64,000 bases of DNA. It comes from an uncultured Bacteroides sp. (GTDB lineage: Bacteria; Bacteroidota; Bacteroidia; Bacteroidales; GCA-2748055). The translations under genes and the position numbers were made by a program. Positions within the stretch are counted from its first letter, which is position 1, and each line of letters begins with the position of its first letter. The stretch covers positions 11,073-75,072 of the forward strand of contig CAYWGP010000171.1 in the NCBI GenBank assembly GCA_964458155.1. Direction: 5' to 3'. The notes beneath the pieces are model-generated. The model had not been told where the DNA came from, made no database searches, and saw only the letters and a program-made list of their open reading frames with translations. Below are positions 31,684 to 40,785 of the stretch, in pieces.

Positions 31684-32334
31684 CTAATCCATCAGCTTGA
31701 TCATGGCATCTACCACGTTGTTGGCACCCTCGGCAATCTGATCGATGGTAGCATCCAGCATATAGCATGGAGTAGTTACCAGCATATGATCGGGATCCAC
31801 CACCACCTCTCCATGCGTCGTATAGACATGCCTGGCTCCCAGAGACTCAATGGCATCTATAGTGCTTTCATCATCTCCAATGGTCAGGTGAACCTTTCCC
31901 AGTAATTTAGCAAGGATAACAGGAGAAATGCAAAGGGCACCCACAGGCTTTTTCAGAGCATGCATCCCGCTTATGGCCTCTTCAACCTCGGGGAGGACTG
32001 ATGCGTCTGCTCCTTCAAATGCCCAGGTAGAGAGGTTTTTGGCGGCACCGAAACCTCCTGGTAAAAGCAAACCGTCGAAGGAAGCGGGATTGAACTGTTT
32101 CAGGTCCCTGATCTTGCCGCGGGCGATTCGGGCCGATTCCACCAGGACATTCCGGGTTTCATCCATTTCTTCTCCCGTGATATGATTGATCACATGATGT
32201 TGATTGATATCCGGCGCGAAAATTTCATAGCTGCCTCCCTGATTAACAATAGCCAGCAGGCTAAGGGTGGCTTCATGGATTTCAGCCCCGTCAAAAACAC
32301 CGCATCCTGAAAGTAAAACTGCAAATTTCTTCAT
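31684..32334 (-). CDS. elbB: ElbB-like DJ-1/PfpI-family glyoxalase
   Basis: The true start is probably the ATG at 32334 (MKKFAVLLSGCGVFDGAEIHE). It has a nucleophile-elbow Cys (VGALCISP). The track ORF is extended upstream. Confidence 0.8.
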   Translation of the reverse strand: MKKFAVLLSGCGVFDGAEIHEATLSLLAIVNQGGSYEIFAPDINQHHVINHITGEEMDETRNVLVESARIARGKIRDLKQFNPASFDGLLLPGGFGAAKNLSTWAFEGADASVLPEVEEAISGMHALKKPVGALCISPVILAKLLGKVHLTIGDDESTIDAIESLGARHVYTTHGEVVVDPDHMLVTTPCYMLDATIDQIAEGANNVVDAMIKLMD

Positions 32335-32376
32335 AGTTTTTAATTTAGACCATATTACATTTGTAAGTAGCAATTT

Positions 32377-32943
32377 ATGGAAAAATACCTTAGAACATTT
32401 ATCGGATTGCCACTTAGTGTGGATCAGGACTTTCTCAGGGCACGCAGAAAATTGATGAGGGCACTTGAGGGGGACCGGATCAGCTGGACAAATCCGGATC
32501 AGTTTCATGTAACGCTAAGATTTATAGGCGATACGGAGCATTCATCCATCAAGAGAATCGGAAGCGCACTGCATGCAGGGCTGACAGTACCCGGGCGGAC
32601 CGGCCTGGATGTGGGAAATCTTGGCAGTTTTGGACCGCGCAAAGGCCCGAGAGTTATCTGGACGGGGTTTGTAGAAACTGATTTTATAGAATCATTGAAG
32701 CTGGAGGTGGATCGTGCTCTTGAGCTTGCCGGTATTCCCCTGAGTGAACGGGAGTTCAGGGCGCACCTGACCCTGGGCAGGGTAAGAAGTCTTCAGGATT
32801 TGCAGCGCTATTATATGAAAATTGAAGAGATGGAAAAGGAGTTCATCAGCCCGGTCCTGTTTGAGAAGCTGGTGTTCTTTCGAAGTGTACTGGGGTCACG
32901 GGGACCTGAATACCAGGTCCTGGATGAAATTCATTTTACCTAG
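32377..32943 (+). CDS. thpR: RNA 2',3'-cyclic phosphodiesterase (2H phosphoesterase)
   Basis: 188 aa with two HxT motifs (FHVTLRF, AHLTLGR). Confidence 0.85.
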   Translation: MEKYLRTFIGLPLSVDQDFLRARRKLMRALEGDRISWTNPDQFHVTLRFIGDTEHSSIKRIGSALHAGLTVPGRTGLDVGNLGSFGPRKGPRVIWTGFVETDFIESLKLEVDRALELAGIPLSEREFRAHLTLGRVRSLQDLQRYYMKIEEMEKEFISPVLFEKLVFFRSVLGSRGPEYQVLDEIHFT

Positions 32944-32947
32944 TTAG

Positions 32948-33484
32948 TCAGCCCTTAGTTATCTCAACTAATACATCATCCTTCATGACAGTTTCTCCCT
33001 TTTTTACAGAAATCGTCTTAATAATACCGGTAATGTGGCTACTGATTTCGTTCTGCATCTTCATGGCCTCCAGGATGATAATAGGCTCTCCCTCCTTGAC
33101 TTCAGTGCCTTCTTCAACCATGATATCGACTATTTTTCCGGGCATGGGAGCCTCAATGGAAACAGCAGAGGATGAATCTGCCTGTTGCTCCAGGTATCTC
33201 CTGCGCTTCAGGGAGACAGGGGTTTCCACGGTGAAGGAGTGCCATACGCCATTGACCATAATCGTATAGCTGTTCTGCTTTTTCTCTATTATATCGAGCA
33301 TGTATTTCTTGTTCTTCCATACAATATAGGAGAAACCTTTGGGGTCTTCATGGAGTTTGATCTCCACCTCTTCCCCCTGGTATTTGATGGTTTTTTCCAG
33401 GGGTTTCTTGAACTCATAGGCTTTATTGGTTGAGCTGAGTGCTATGAGTTTGGTAGATTGTTTCTTCTTTGCTGCACGTGCCAT
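32948..33484 (-). CDS. Biotin carboxyl carrier protein of an acyl-CoA carboxylase
   Basis: 178 aa with a C-terminal biotinyl domain and the EAMKMQNE motif. Confidence 0.9.
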   Translation of the reverse strand: MARAAKKKQSTKLIALSSTNKAYEFKKPLEKTIKYQGEEVEIKLHEDPKGFSYIVWKNKKYMLDIIEKKQNSYTIMVNGVWHSFTVETPVSLKRRRYLEQQADSSSAVSIEAPMPGKIVDIMVEEGTEVKEGEPIIILEAMKMQNEISSHITGIIKTISVKKGETVMKDDVLVEITKG

Positions 33485-33498
33485 ATCCTGATTCAGAT

Positions 33499-35001
33499 TT
33501 ATCGTAATCGTTTTTTCAATACCCAGGGAGTTATTGCCTTGCCATTCTCTGTATGAAGTGGTTTCTCCTCATTTTCATTGATCTCCCGGGCGTAGTCGTA
33601 GGAGGCAAAAAAAGCAGCCAGCAGGGCATCATCGGGTTCATTGTGATAATGAATCTTAAGCTCCTTGCTTAGAAAAGAGGTATTGAAGTCTCCCTTCCTG
33701 AAGTTGCTGTTCTGCAGAACGGCCCTGCAAAATGCCAGGGTTGTTCTAGTTCCTTTAATCCAGAATTTCCTGATGGCCTGACTGGAAAGTTGAAGGGCCT
33801 TCTCCCGGGTTTCGGCATGAACGATTAGTTTGGCGATCATGGAATCGTAATAGGGGGTGATCACCGATCCATCCCTCACCCCGGTATCCACCCTCACATT
33901 ATCACTTTCCGGCCAGGAGATCTTTTCAATGGTACCAAGACTGGGAGAGAAACCCGATTGAACATCTTCAGCGTTAATCCTCCATTCAATGGCCCAGCCA
34001 TTCAGTTTGATATCCTTCTGTGTAAAGGGAAGCATTTCACCTTCTGCAATCCGGATCATCTGTTCGATCAGGTCGATACCCGTAACCATTTCAGTGACCG
34101 GGTGCTCCACCTGGATGCGGGTATTCATCTCCATAAAGGAAAAAGAGTTGTCACTATCCAGAAGGAACTCCACTGTACCTGCAGAGTAATAATTCACAGA
34201 CTTTGCAATATTGATGGCTGCTTCACCCATCTTTTTTCTGAGGGCAGGGCTCATTGCCGGGGAAGGCGATTCCTCCAGCAGTTTTTGATGTTTTCGCTGT
34301 ACCGAGCACTCCCGTTCACCCAGATGCACAATATTTCCATGTTTATCTGCCAGGATCTGGAACTCAATATGACGTGGTTCCCTAACAAATCTCTCCAGGA
34401 ATACATCAGGATTATTGAAGGCCTTTGCAGCTTCATTGGTGGCCAGAGTGAACATTCTTTCAAGGTCTTTCTCCCTCTCTACCACCCGCATACCACGACC
34501 TCCTCCTCCGGCAGCAGCCTTCAGGATCACCGGGTAACCGATCTTATTTGCAATTTTTCTGGCCTCTTCCGCATTTGCAACGGCTCCGGGACTTCCGCCA
34601 AGCAGTGGTACCCCGTGTTTCTTTGCAAGCTCTTTGGCAATGGTCTTATTCCCCATGCGATAGATGGCATCGTGTGAAGGTCCTATGAAGATGATCTGCT
34701 CTTCTTCACATCTTCGGGCAAAATCCGGATTCTCTGCGAGAAAACCATAACCGGGATGAATGGCGTCAATCTTACGCTTTTTGGCGCTCCTGATGATCCT
34801 TTCTATATCCAGGAATTCCGGAATGGCATCATCAAAATTTCCCGAAAAGTCGATGATCTCATCGGCTTCGTCCAGGTACCAGGCGTTTGGTTCTTTAGCT
34901 GTTTTTATTACATAAGACCGGATACCCATTTTCCTGGCGGTCTTGATGATCCGGATGGCGATCTCGCCCCGGTTGGCTATGAGTAGGCTCTTAATTTTCA
35001 T
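33499..35001 (-). CDS. accC: Biotin carboxylase subunit
   Basis: 500 aa with MKIKSLLIANRGEIAIRI, ATP-grasp GGGGRGMRVV, and EMNTRIQVEHPVTE. Confidence 0.92.
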   Translation of the reverse strand: MKIKSLLIANRGEIAIRIIKTARKMGIRSYVIKTAKEPNAWYLDEADEIIDFSGNFDDAIPEFLDIERIIRSAKKRKIDAIHPGYGFLAENPDFARRCEEEQIIFIGPSHDAIYRMGNKTIAKELAKKHGVPLLGGSPGAVANAEEARKIANKIGYPVILKAAAGGGGRGMRVVEREKDLERMFTLATNEAAKAFNNPDVFLERFVREPRHIEFQILADKHGNIVHLGERECSVQRKHQKLLEESPSPAMSPALRKKMGEAAINIAKSVNYYSAGTVEFLLDSDNSFSFMEMNTRIQVEHPVTEMVTGIDLIEQMIRIAEGEMLPFTQKDIKLNGWAIEWRINAEDVQSGFSPSLGTIEKISWPESDNVRVDTGVRDGSVITPYYDSMIAKLIVHAETREKALQLSSQAIRKFWIKGTRTTLAFCRAVLQNSNFRKGDFNTSFLSKELKIHYHNEPDDALLAAFFASYDYAREINENEEKPLHTENGKAITPWVLKKRLR

Positions 35002-35010
35002 AGATGAAAT

Positions 35011-36570
35011 TTAGAGAGGAATATTGCCATGTTTCCTGGCAGGGTTATCAACATGTTTCGTTTCAAGTGCCTCAAAGGCACGGATCAGTTTTAGTCTGGT
35101 CTCGGCCGGATCGATTACTTCATCTATAAATCCGCGTTCTTCGGCCACATAAGGATTGGCAATTTCATTGCGGTAGCGAGCAGCAAGCTCTTTCTTCATG
35201 ACCGCAGCATCCTCTGAGGCATCCAGTTCTTTCCTGTACAGGATGGCTACAGCTCCCTCGGGTCCCATCACTGCAATTTCGGCTGTTGGCCAGGCAAAAT
35301 TGAAGTCTCCCCCAAGGTTCTTGCTGTTCATAACGCAATAGGCTCCTCCATAGGATTTTCTCAGGATAACTGTGATGCGGGGGACAGTGGCATCGGCAAA
35401 GGCATATAGCATTTTGGCACCGTGACGGATAATTCCACTGTGTTCCTGGTCAATCCCGGGTAAAAACCCGGGTACATCTTCCAGGATAAGGAGGGGGATG
35501 TTGAAGGCATCACAAAACCTGATAAAACGGGCTCCCTTGTTTGAAGAATTGATATCCAGTGTTCCGGCAAGTACTTTGGGCTGATTGGCTACAATCCCGA
35601 TGACTTTTCCATCCAATCTTCCAAAGCCTACAACGATGTTCTGCGCATAATTTTCAGCAATCTCGTAAAAGGAACGCTTATCAACAATGTGTGTGATAAC
35701 ATCTTTAACGTCATAGGGTTTATTCGGATCGTCGGGAACAATATCCCTGAGTTTTTCCTCCACATCGGTGGTTTCATCTACCGATAATTCCATCTCCGGG
35801 GAGTTCTCCATATTGTTGGAGGGAAGGTAGGCCAAAATCTGGCGAACGCCCATCAGTGTATTTTCTTCATCGGGGAAGACCATATGAGCAACGCCACTCT
35901 TTTTTGAATGAACCCCTGCTCCACCCAGGTCATTGAATGATACATCCTCATTCAGGACCTCTTTCACTACATTCGGACCGGTTACAAACATATAGCTGGT
36001 CTGATCGGTCATAAATACAAAGTCAGTAATGGAAGGAGAGTATACGGCTCCACCTGCTGCAGGTCCCAGAATAACAGAAATCTGGGGAATAACCCCGGAG
36101 GATTGTACATTTCGGTGGAAGATACCGGCGTAACCGGCCAGGCTGGCCACACCTTCCTGGATGCGGGCCCCTCCCGAATCAATAAGTCCGATCATGGGAG
36201 CTCCCATCTTCAGTGCCATATCCTGAATCTTCATAATCTTGGCAGCATGGACCGAGCCCAATGAACCGCCCATAACCGTGAAATCCTGAGCGTAGGCAAA
36301 AGTTAACCTGCCACGTATCAGCCCATGACCTATGATAACTCCGTCTCCGAAAGCTTTCTGGACCGTTCCAAATCCAGTGTCGGATTTATCCGCAGTCACA
36401 AAAGCATCCACTTCTTCGAAAGTATCTTCATCGAAGAGAATATCAAGTCGTTCCCATGCAGTTAATTTACCTTTGGAGTGCTGTTTTGCCTCTGCCCTGG
36501 TATCGTGTTGATCACTGTGGGCCTGCTTCCTCTCCAGGAAACGGGTAAAGTTTTTTCCTTTCACATCCAT
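35011..36570 (-). CDS. Acyl-CoA carboxylase carboxyltransferase subunit (propionyl-CoA carboxylase beta / methylmalonyl-CoA decarboxylase alpha family)
   Basis: 519 aa with both carboxyltransferase halves (AQDFTVMGGSLG, GPAAGGAVYSP, ANQP..LAGTLD, RKSYGGAYCVM). Confidence 0.92.
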   Translation of the reverse strand: MDVKGKNFTRFLERKQAHSDQHDTRAEAKQHSKGKLTAWERLDILFDEDTFEEVDAFVTADKSDTGFGTVQKAFGDGVIIGHGLIRGRLTFAYAQDFTVMGGSLGSVHAAKIMKIQDMALKMGAPMIGLIDSGGARIQEGVASLAGYAGIFHRNVQSSGVIPQISVILGPAAGGAVYSPSITDFVFMTDQTSYMFVTGPNVVKEVLNEDVSFNDLGGAGVHSKKSGVAHMVFPDEENTLMGVRQILAYLPSNNMENSPEMELSVDETTDVEEKLRDIVPDDPNKPYDVKDVITHIVDKRSFYEIAENYAQNIVVGFGRLDGKVIGIVANQPKVLAGTLDINSSNKGARFIRFCDAFNIPLLILEDVPGFLPGIDQEHSGIIRHGAKMLYAFADATVPRITVILRKSYGGAYCVMNSKNLGGDFNFAWPTAEIAVMGPEGAVAILYRKELDASEDAAVMKKELAARYRNEIANPYVAEERGFIDEVIDPAETRLKLIRAFEALETKHVDNPARKHGNIPL

Positions 36571-36640
36571 GCTTCAATTCTTTATGCTTAAATAGAACCA
36601 TTGAGTTAGAAAAAAGTTTCAGCTTTCTTTCTCAAGATTG

Positions 36641-36648
36641 CAAAACTA
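36641..36648 (-). promoter_or_regulatory. -7 promoter box (TAGTTTTG on the minus strand) for the carboxylase operon
   Basis: Plus-strand CAAAACTA lies 71 nt upstream of the ATG at 36570. Confidence 0.35.
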
Positions 36649-36678
36649 AAAATAATAATTAATTACGGGCATAACGGA

Positions 36679-38400
36679 CTAATCTAAGACTTTTCGGTCA
36701 ATTTCGGAAGCGGGTCCGCTTAAATGTAATGGAATACAGCTCCAGTTCATAAAGGTTTGGGATCTGAGGGTATCCTGCTGCCTGAGATATTCCATGAGGT
36801 AGTAACGAAGGTCCCTGTCGGTGGACCAGGCTATACGCTTTGCCAGCTCCTCTCCGGGAATGCCGGCTCCAGTGGTCAGATGTCCGCCTCCACCGTTACC
36901 TCGGTAGGAGTTGATAGCCACACTGTACGTGTCTGTTTCCCGGAAGGGGCTTCCGTCAGAGAAAGACTGTATGCTGACCCGATCGCCGGGGACCCTGCTA
37001 ACATCGACTGTATAGTTTATTCCTGCAGCAGAGGAGAAATTATAATAGGGAGAGGCCAGACGGCCGGGCTGATCGGTGCTGAATTGAAGGAGGTGCTCCC
37101 CGGGACCGGACATGGTATTAAACCAGGGACCCACTGCATGCTCCAGAAATCCGTCAATCTCAGCTCCTGTTAGTTGCATCCGGTAAAGCATGTTTTCGAA
37201 GCGGTAAAGCTTAAACATATCGGACACCAGTAACGGTCCCTTTTTCAGTTTTGCATGGATGGAAAGAGGAGCGGTGAATGAGATCTTTGCACCTGTCATT
37301 TCCAGCTGGAGGCTATGTATTAAGCTCATCATGGATGAAGGGCCGAACAGAGCATCCACCCCTTCCATATCCTCTGAAAGCCAGGTAATGGTATCTTCCA
37401 GGTACTTTGATACGATTTCATATTCGGTGGCGAACTCTTCCAAAAAATCTTCGGAAGGCCTATAAGCGGACATGGGAATATTCTCACCTCTTATATTGTT
37501 ACCCTCCCTGGTGAAAGTGATTATTGCTTCTCCTGCAAAGCGACCGTGACTGCCCGGGTCAATGACCAGCACGCTGTCGCCCTCACAGTTGACTATCTTC
37601 TGTGACGAGACCCGGTGATCATGTCCGGCAAAAATTATATGGAATCCCGGCACCTGTTCGGCCACCAGCATAACAGCATTTTCATTCAGGTAGGGATCCG
37701 GATTTCCTCCATAGGAAGCATCCGTTCCGGAATGGAACAGGCCCACCATCAGATCCGGATTCTCCTCTTTTATTATCCGTGGAACCCATTCCCGGGCCGT
37801 GGCGATCATATCCAGGAATTCCATTTCGGGCCACAGATTTTTTGGAAGCCACTGTGGAATCCCGGGGGTGATAAGACCAAGTATGGCTATTTTCTTCCGT
37901 CCTGCTTTCAGAATGGTATAGGGTGCAAAGTAGGGTAAGCTGGTCGTGCTGTTCACCGCATTTGCCGCCAGCCAAGGAAACTGGAATGTACTCCTGACTC
38001 TGTCATACACTTCTGGTCCGGTTTCAATATCATGATTTCCAACAGTCCCGGCAGCATATCCCATGTAATTCATTACCCTGGACGAAAGGTGTTCCTGGGT
38101 GGTATCCACAAAATTGTAGTAGTAAACAGAAGGCTGGCCCTGCAAAAAATCACCATTGTCGAGGAGGAAAAAAAGGGTATCCTCATTCGCCCGTTTCCGG
38201 CTTACATAACTATATACGTGAGAAAGGGAATTATCTGTTTTCTGCCGGCTGATGAAATCCCTGGGGAAAATCATTCCATGTACATCTGTTGTAGTAGCTA
38301 TCCTGATGGTCATCTGCTCCTGTCTGCAGGAGGTGCTCAAGATCAGAATAGTCAGTAAAACAGTCAATAATCGGGCTTTTCCCATCATGTTTTTTAGCAT
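36679..38400 (-). CDS. Bifunctional metallophosphatase / 5'-nucleotidase (lipoprotein)
   Basis: 573 aa with a lipobox (ILSTSC), calcineurin-like motifs (TTDVHG, DNGDFLQG, GNHD, GHDH) and a C-terminal 5'-nucleotidase domain. Confidence 0.88.
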   Translation of the reverse strand: MLKNMMGKARLLTVLLTILILSTSCRQEQMTIRIATTTDVHGMIFPRDFISRQKTDNSLSHVYSYVSRKRANEDTLFFLLDNGDFLQGQPSVYYYNFVDTTQEHLSSRVMNYMGYAAGTVGNHDIETGPEVYDRVRSTFQFPWLAANAVNSTTSLPYFAPYTILKAGRKKIAILGLITPGIPQWLPKNLWPEMEFLDMIATAREWVPRIIKEENPDLMVGLFHSGTDASYGGNPDPYLNENAVMLVAEQVPGFHIIFAGHDHRVSSQKIVNCEGDSVLVIDPGSHGRFAGEAIITFTREGNNIRGENIPMSAYRPSEDFLEEFATEYEIVSKYLEDTITWLSEDMEGVDALFGPSSMMSLIHSLQLEMTGAKISFTAPLSIHAKLKKGPLLVSDMFKLYRFENMLYRMQLTGAEIDGFLEHAVGPWFNTMSGPGEHLLQFSTDQPGRLASPYYNFSSAAGINYTVDVSRVPGDRVSIQSFSDGSPFRETDTYSVAINSYRGNGGGGHLTTGAGIPGEELAKRIAWSTDRDLRYYLMEYLRQQDTLRSQTFMNWSCIPLHLSGPASEIDRKVLD

Positions 38401-38520
38401 GAATTATTGGGTATTAACCCCGAGTTCATATTTAGAAACGTTCTTGCCTGCATTCATTTCAAATCTTAATGTTTTTATTGATAGCAGATTACTAAAGTAG
38501 TATTTTTCATCCATTTTCCC

Positions 38521-38550
38521 ATGTCGATGAAAATATCGATAAATGTCGAT
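38521..38550 (+). promoter_or_regulatory. Three direct AT(G/A)TCGAT repeats upstream of the hexahaem gene
   Basis: ATGTCGAT at 38521, ATATCGAT at 38533 and ATGTCGAT at 38543, with 10-12 nt phasing. Confidence 0.3.
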
Positions 38551-38565
38551 TAAAACAAGGATACT

Positions 38566-38579
38566 CACCTTGAAATCAG
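38566..38579 (+). promoter_or_regulatory. Half-conserved FNR-like box (CACCT-TGAA-ATCAG) upstream of the hexahaem gene
   Basis: The right half, AAATCAGT, is shared with the boxes at 40603 and 42229. A near-consensus -7 box, AATCTTTG (38599-38606), lies about 27 nt downstream. Confidence 0.3.
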
Positions 38580-38651
38580 TCTATATATATAGGGTGTGAA
38601 TCTTTGAACAATAAACCGGACATAGATACTTTAGCATCAAACCAATTAGCT

Positions 38652-39782
38652 ATGAAAATGAAACTATCTAAATTAATGCTACTGGGTGCTGTTGCCCTTC
38701 TTATTGGAGGTGCAGTTATCCTGAGTAGTTGTGAAGGTCCGGAAGGACCTGCGGGTGCCAACGGAACTAACGGTGTTGACGGTGTTGACGGTGTAGACGG
38801 TCAGGACGGTCAGGATGCCAACTCTACCTGTATTCTGTGTCACAGTGATGATCAGGTGATCGTTGCCAAGACCAGGCAGTATAATAATTCTGCCCACAAC
38901 ACCGGTCATACTTCCGGGTATACGAACAGGTCATTTGGTCCCCTGTATAATTGTGCAGGATGTCATACCAGCCAGGGATTCCTGGATGAACTGGTAGGTG
39001 CAAGTAATGTTCCCTATGCTGATATTACCCAGCCAAACTGCTACACCTGTCACAACATCCATGACACCTATACTACGGACGACTGGGCTCTGACAAACGG
39101 CGATCCCACTGTACCCTTTACCAATGCTGCTTATCAAACAGCCGCTGTTGATCTGGGTAACGGTAATCAGTGTACTCAATGTCACCAGTTCTCAGCCTAT
39201 TATCTTGTTATTGATTCGCTTTGGGCGGACTTTGACCTGGGAACGTCGACTGTGACTTTCCCAGCTGATAACAGTCTTAAGCGTGCTGGTGTGCATCATG
39301 CTCCCCAGTACAACATTTTTGCTGGAATGGACCTCTTTGAGTTTACAGGTACAACTGCCTATCCAACCAGCAACCACGTTATGGCTCAGGCTCCTGACGG
39401 ATGTGTTACCTGCCATATGAATGATGGATTTGGTGACCTCACCGGACACTCCATGTCGATGACTTATGATTTCCATGGTCCTGATAATTTGCACTGGTCC
39501 TCCTCTTGTACAGAATGTCATGATGGCGAGGATGAGCTGGATGGCAAAGTTGAAGATATTCAAACTGACGTCCAACTGCTGCTGGATGACCTGGAAACGC
39601 TCTTGCTTGCATCCGGAGTAATGACTGCTGATTATTACATTGCTCCTGGAGTATGGACCACTGACTTAACAGCAGCCACAGTAAATTTCAATGCCATTCG
39701 TGAAGATAAGAGTATTGGATTCCACAACGTGGACTATGTTGAGGCAGTTCTCATGAATACCATTGCAGCTATTACTCCTTAA
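38652..39782 (+). CDS. Hexahaem c-type cytochrome lipoprotein with a collagen-like Gly-X-Y stalk
   Basis: ATG at 38652 gives MKMKLSKLMLLGAVALLIGGAVILSSC, a lipobox. Nine G-X-Y triplets follow, then six CxxCH motifs (CILCH, CAGCH, CYTCH, CTQCH, CVTCH, CTECH). Confidence 0.9.
   Translation: MKMKLSKLMLLGAVALLIGGAVILSSCEGPEGPAGANGTNGVDGVDGVDGQDGQDANSTCILCHSDDQVIVAKTRQYNNSAHNTGHTSGYTNRSFGPLYNCAGCHTSQGFLDELVGASNVPYADITQPNCYTCHNIHDTYTTDDWALTNGDPTVPFTNAAYQTAAVDLGNGNQCTQCHQFSAYYLVIDSLWADFDLGTSTVTFPADNSLKRAGVHHAPQYNIFAGMDLFEFTGTTAYPTSNHVMAQAPDGCVTCHMNDGFGDLTGHSMSMTYDFHGPDNLHWSSSCTECHDGEDELDGKVEDIQTDVQLLLDDLETLLLASGVMTADYYIAPGVWTTDLTAATVNFNAIREDKSIGFHNVDYVEAVLMNTIAAITP
38736..38816 (+). repeat. Collagen-like triplet run with 9-bp tandem DNA repeats
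   Basis: Encodes GPE-GPA-GAN-GTN-GVD-GVD-GVD-GQD-GQD. The DNA reads ggtgttgac ggtgttgac ggtgtagac ggtcaggac ggtcaggat. Confidence 0.9.
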
Positions 39783-39811
39783 TCAGCGAAAGGCGTAATA
39801 ACAAAATAAAA

Positions 39812-39838
39812 AATGGGTGTCCATTCGGGCACCCATTT
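39812..39838. terminator. Bidirectional terminator between the hexahaem gene and the convergent FNR-like regulator
   Basis: AATGGGTG-tccattcggg-CACCCATT, flanked by A6 and T6. Confidence 0.75.
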
Positions 39839-39858
39839 TTTATTGCGGTAAATTTCTT

Positions 39859-40554
39859 TTAGCCTGTTTCGCTGATTTGTTTTATGCGCTTATAGTCGAT
39901 AACCTCAATGGATTTCCCATCCATCTTGATGAGGCCCTCGTCGTTAAACTCCTTCAGCATCCGGATGACCGTTTCGGGGCTCATGCCGGATAATTCGGCC
40001 AGCTCTTTCCTGGATAATGGCAGGTCAAATTCACAATTTTTAAAGATCCGGTCTGCCAGGCACAACAGGATGTCAGCAAGTCTGCCAAAAGCCTGCTTGT
40101 AAGTAAAGCAAAAGAACCTTCCGTATATCTGCAGACTGTTGGAGCTAAGAATATCAATAATTTCTTTTGTGAAATCAAAATTCTCCTTCATCAGGGTACG
40201 GAATGCTTTTACTTCTATTTGCCTGATCTCAGAGTCAATATAGGCCGTGGCAGAGTAGGGGAAATAGGCGTGCTCTTCCGAAACAGAAGAAAGCCCGAGA
40301 AAATTCCTGTCCGGCGTGATCCGCAGTATAAGGGAATTGCTTCCATTTTCCAGGAAAACCTTGGCTAGCCCCGATTCCATATATATTACATGAGATACAA
40401 AGCCGCCTTGTTTGCATATGACCTCTCCTTTCCTGTACTTAATTCTGACAGAGTTCTCATCCAGGAATTCCTTCTGCCCGGGAGTAAGATGCTCGAAGCA
40501 GCGGCACTCGTGGAAACTCAGGGTGCATGCAGAAAACTTTATTGACTCGTCCAT
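39859..40554 (-). CDS. Crp/Fnr-family transcriptional regulator with N-terminal Cys residues
   Basis: It has a cNMP-binding-like beta-roll and a C-terminal HTH (SRKELAELSGMSPETVIRMLKEF). ATG at 40554 is preferred because the GTG at 40575 overlaps a TATATTTG -7 box. The N-terminus reads MDESIKFSACTLSFHECRC. Confidence 0.85.
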   Translation of the reverse strand: MDESIKFSACTLSFHECRCFEHLTPGQKEFLDENSVRIKYRKGEVICKQGGFVSHVIYMESGLAKVFLENGSNSLILRITPDRNFLGLSSVSEEHAYFPYSATAYIDSEIRQIEVKAFRTLMKENFDFTKEIIDILSSNSLQIYGRFFCFTYKQAFGRLADILLCLADRIFKNCEFDLPLSRKELAELSGMSPETVIRMLKEFNDEGLIKMDGKSIEVIDYKRIKQISETG

Positions 40555-40574
40555 CCATCTATGCTTAGAGTTCA

Positions 40575-40582
40575 CAAATATA
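40575..40582 (-). promoter_or_regulatory. -7 promoter box (TATATTTG on the minus strand) for the FNR-like regulator
   Basis: Plus-strand CAAATATA lies 21 nt upstream of the ATG at 40554. Confidence 0.4.
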
Positions 40583-40602
40583 CAAAAGAATCATAAAAAA
40601 AA

Positions 40603-40644
40603 TTGATTTGTGTCAGCTTCTTACTCCATTTAAATCAGTTAAAA
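40603..40644. promoter_or_regulatory. Conserved 42-nt block with an FNR-like box, TTGAT-TTGT-GTCAG, copy 1
   Basis: 33 of 42 nt are identical to 42229-42270 within otherwise dissimilar intergenic DNA. The block starts exactly 183 nt before the ATG at 40786. Confidence 0.55.
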
Positions 40645-40785
40645 CTCGTCCATATTCCGGTGGAATTTCATACATAAATCCCCCTTTTATCAAAGATTAT
40701 GACGTTAGGCACACAATAATTTCGCTAGATTTACTTGCTGAGAACTAAATCATTACACAAGAGATATACCTTAGATTTTACAGGC

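Noticed and set aside
33958-34677. 239-aa plus-strand ORF inside accC, with similar antisense ORFs in hydA (1004..1588, 1679..2128), pnp, the 5'-nucleotidase gene and the prolyl oligopeptidase gene
   Set aside because: These are shadow ORFs opposite strongly conserved housekeeping genes.
38604-38651. Upstream TTG-extended starts for the hexahaem gene (38604), decahaem paralog 1 (40735), the TPR lipoprotein (3046) and the GTG start of Crp1 (40575)
   Set aside because: The internal ATG codons give canonical lipoprotein signal peptides of normal length. The extensions add non-signal residues or overlap promoter boxes.
38772-38816. Short tandem repeats considered as a possible CRISPR or VNTR locus
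   Set aside because: They are 9-bp in-frame repeats coding for Gly-X-Y triplets inside a CDS, with no spacer structure. I report them as a coding repeat instead.
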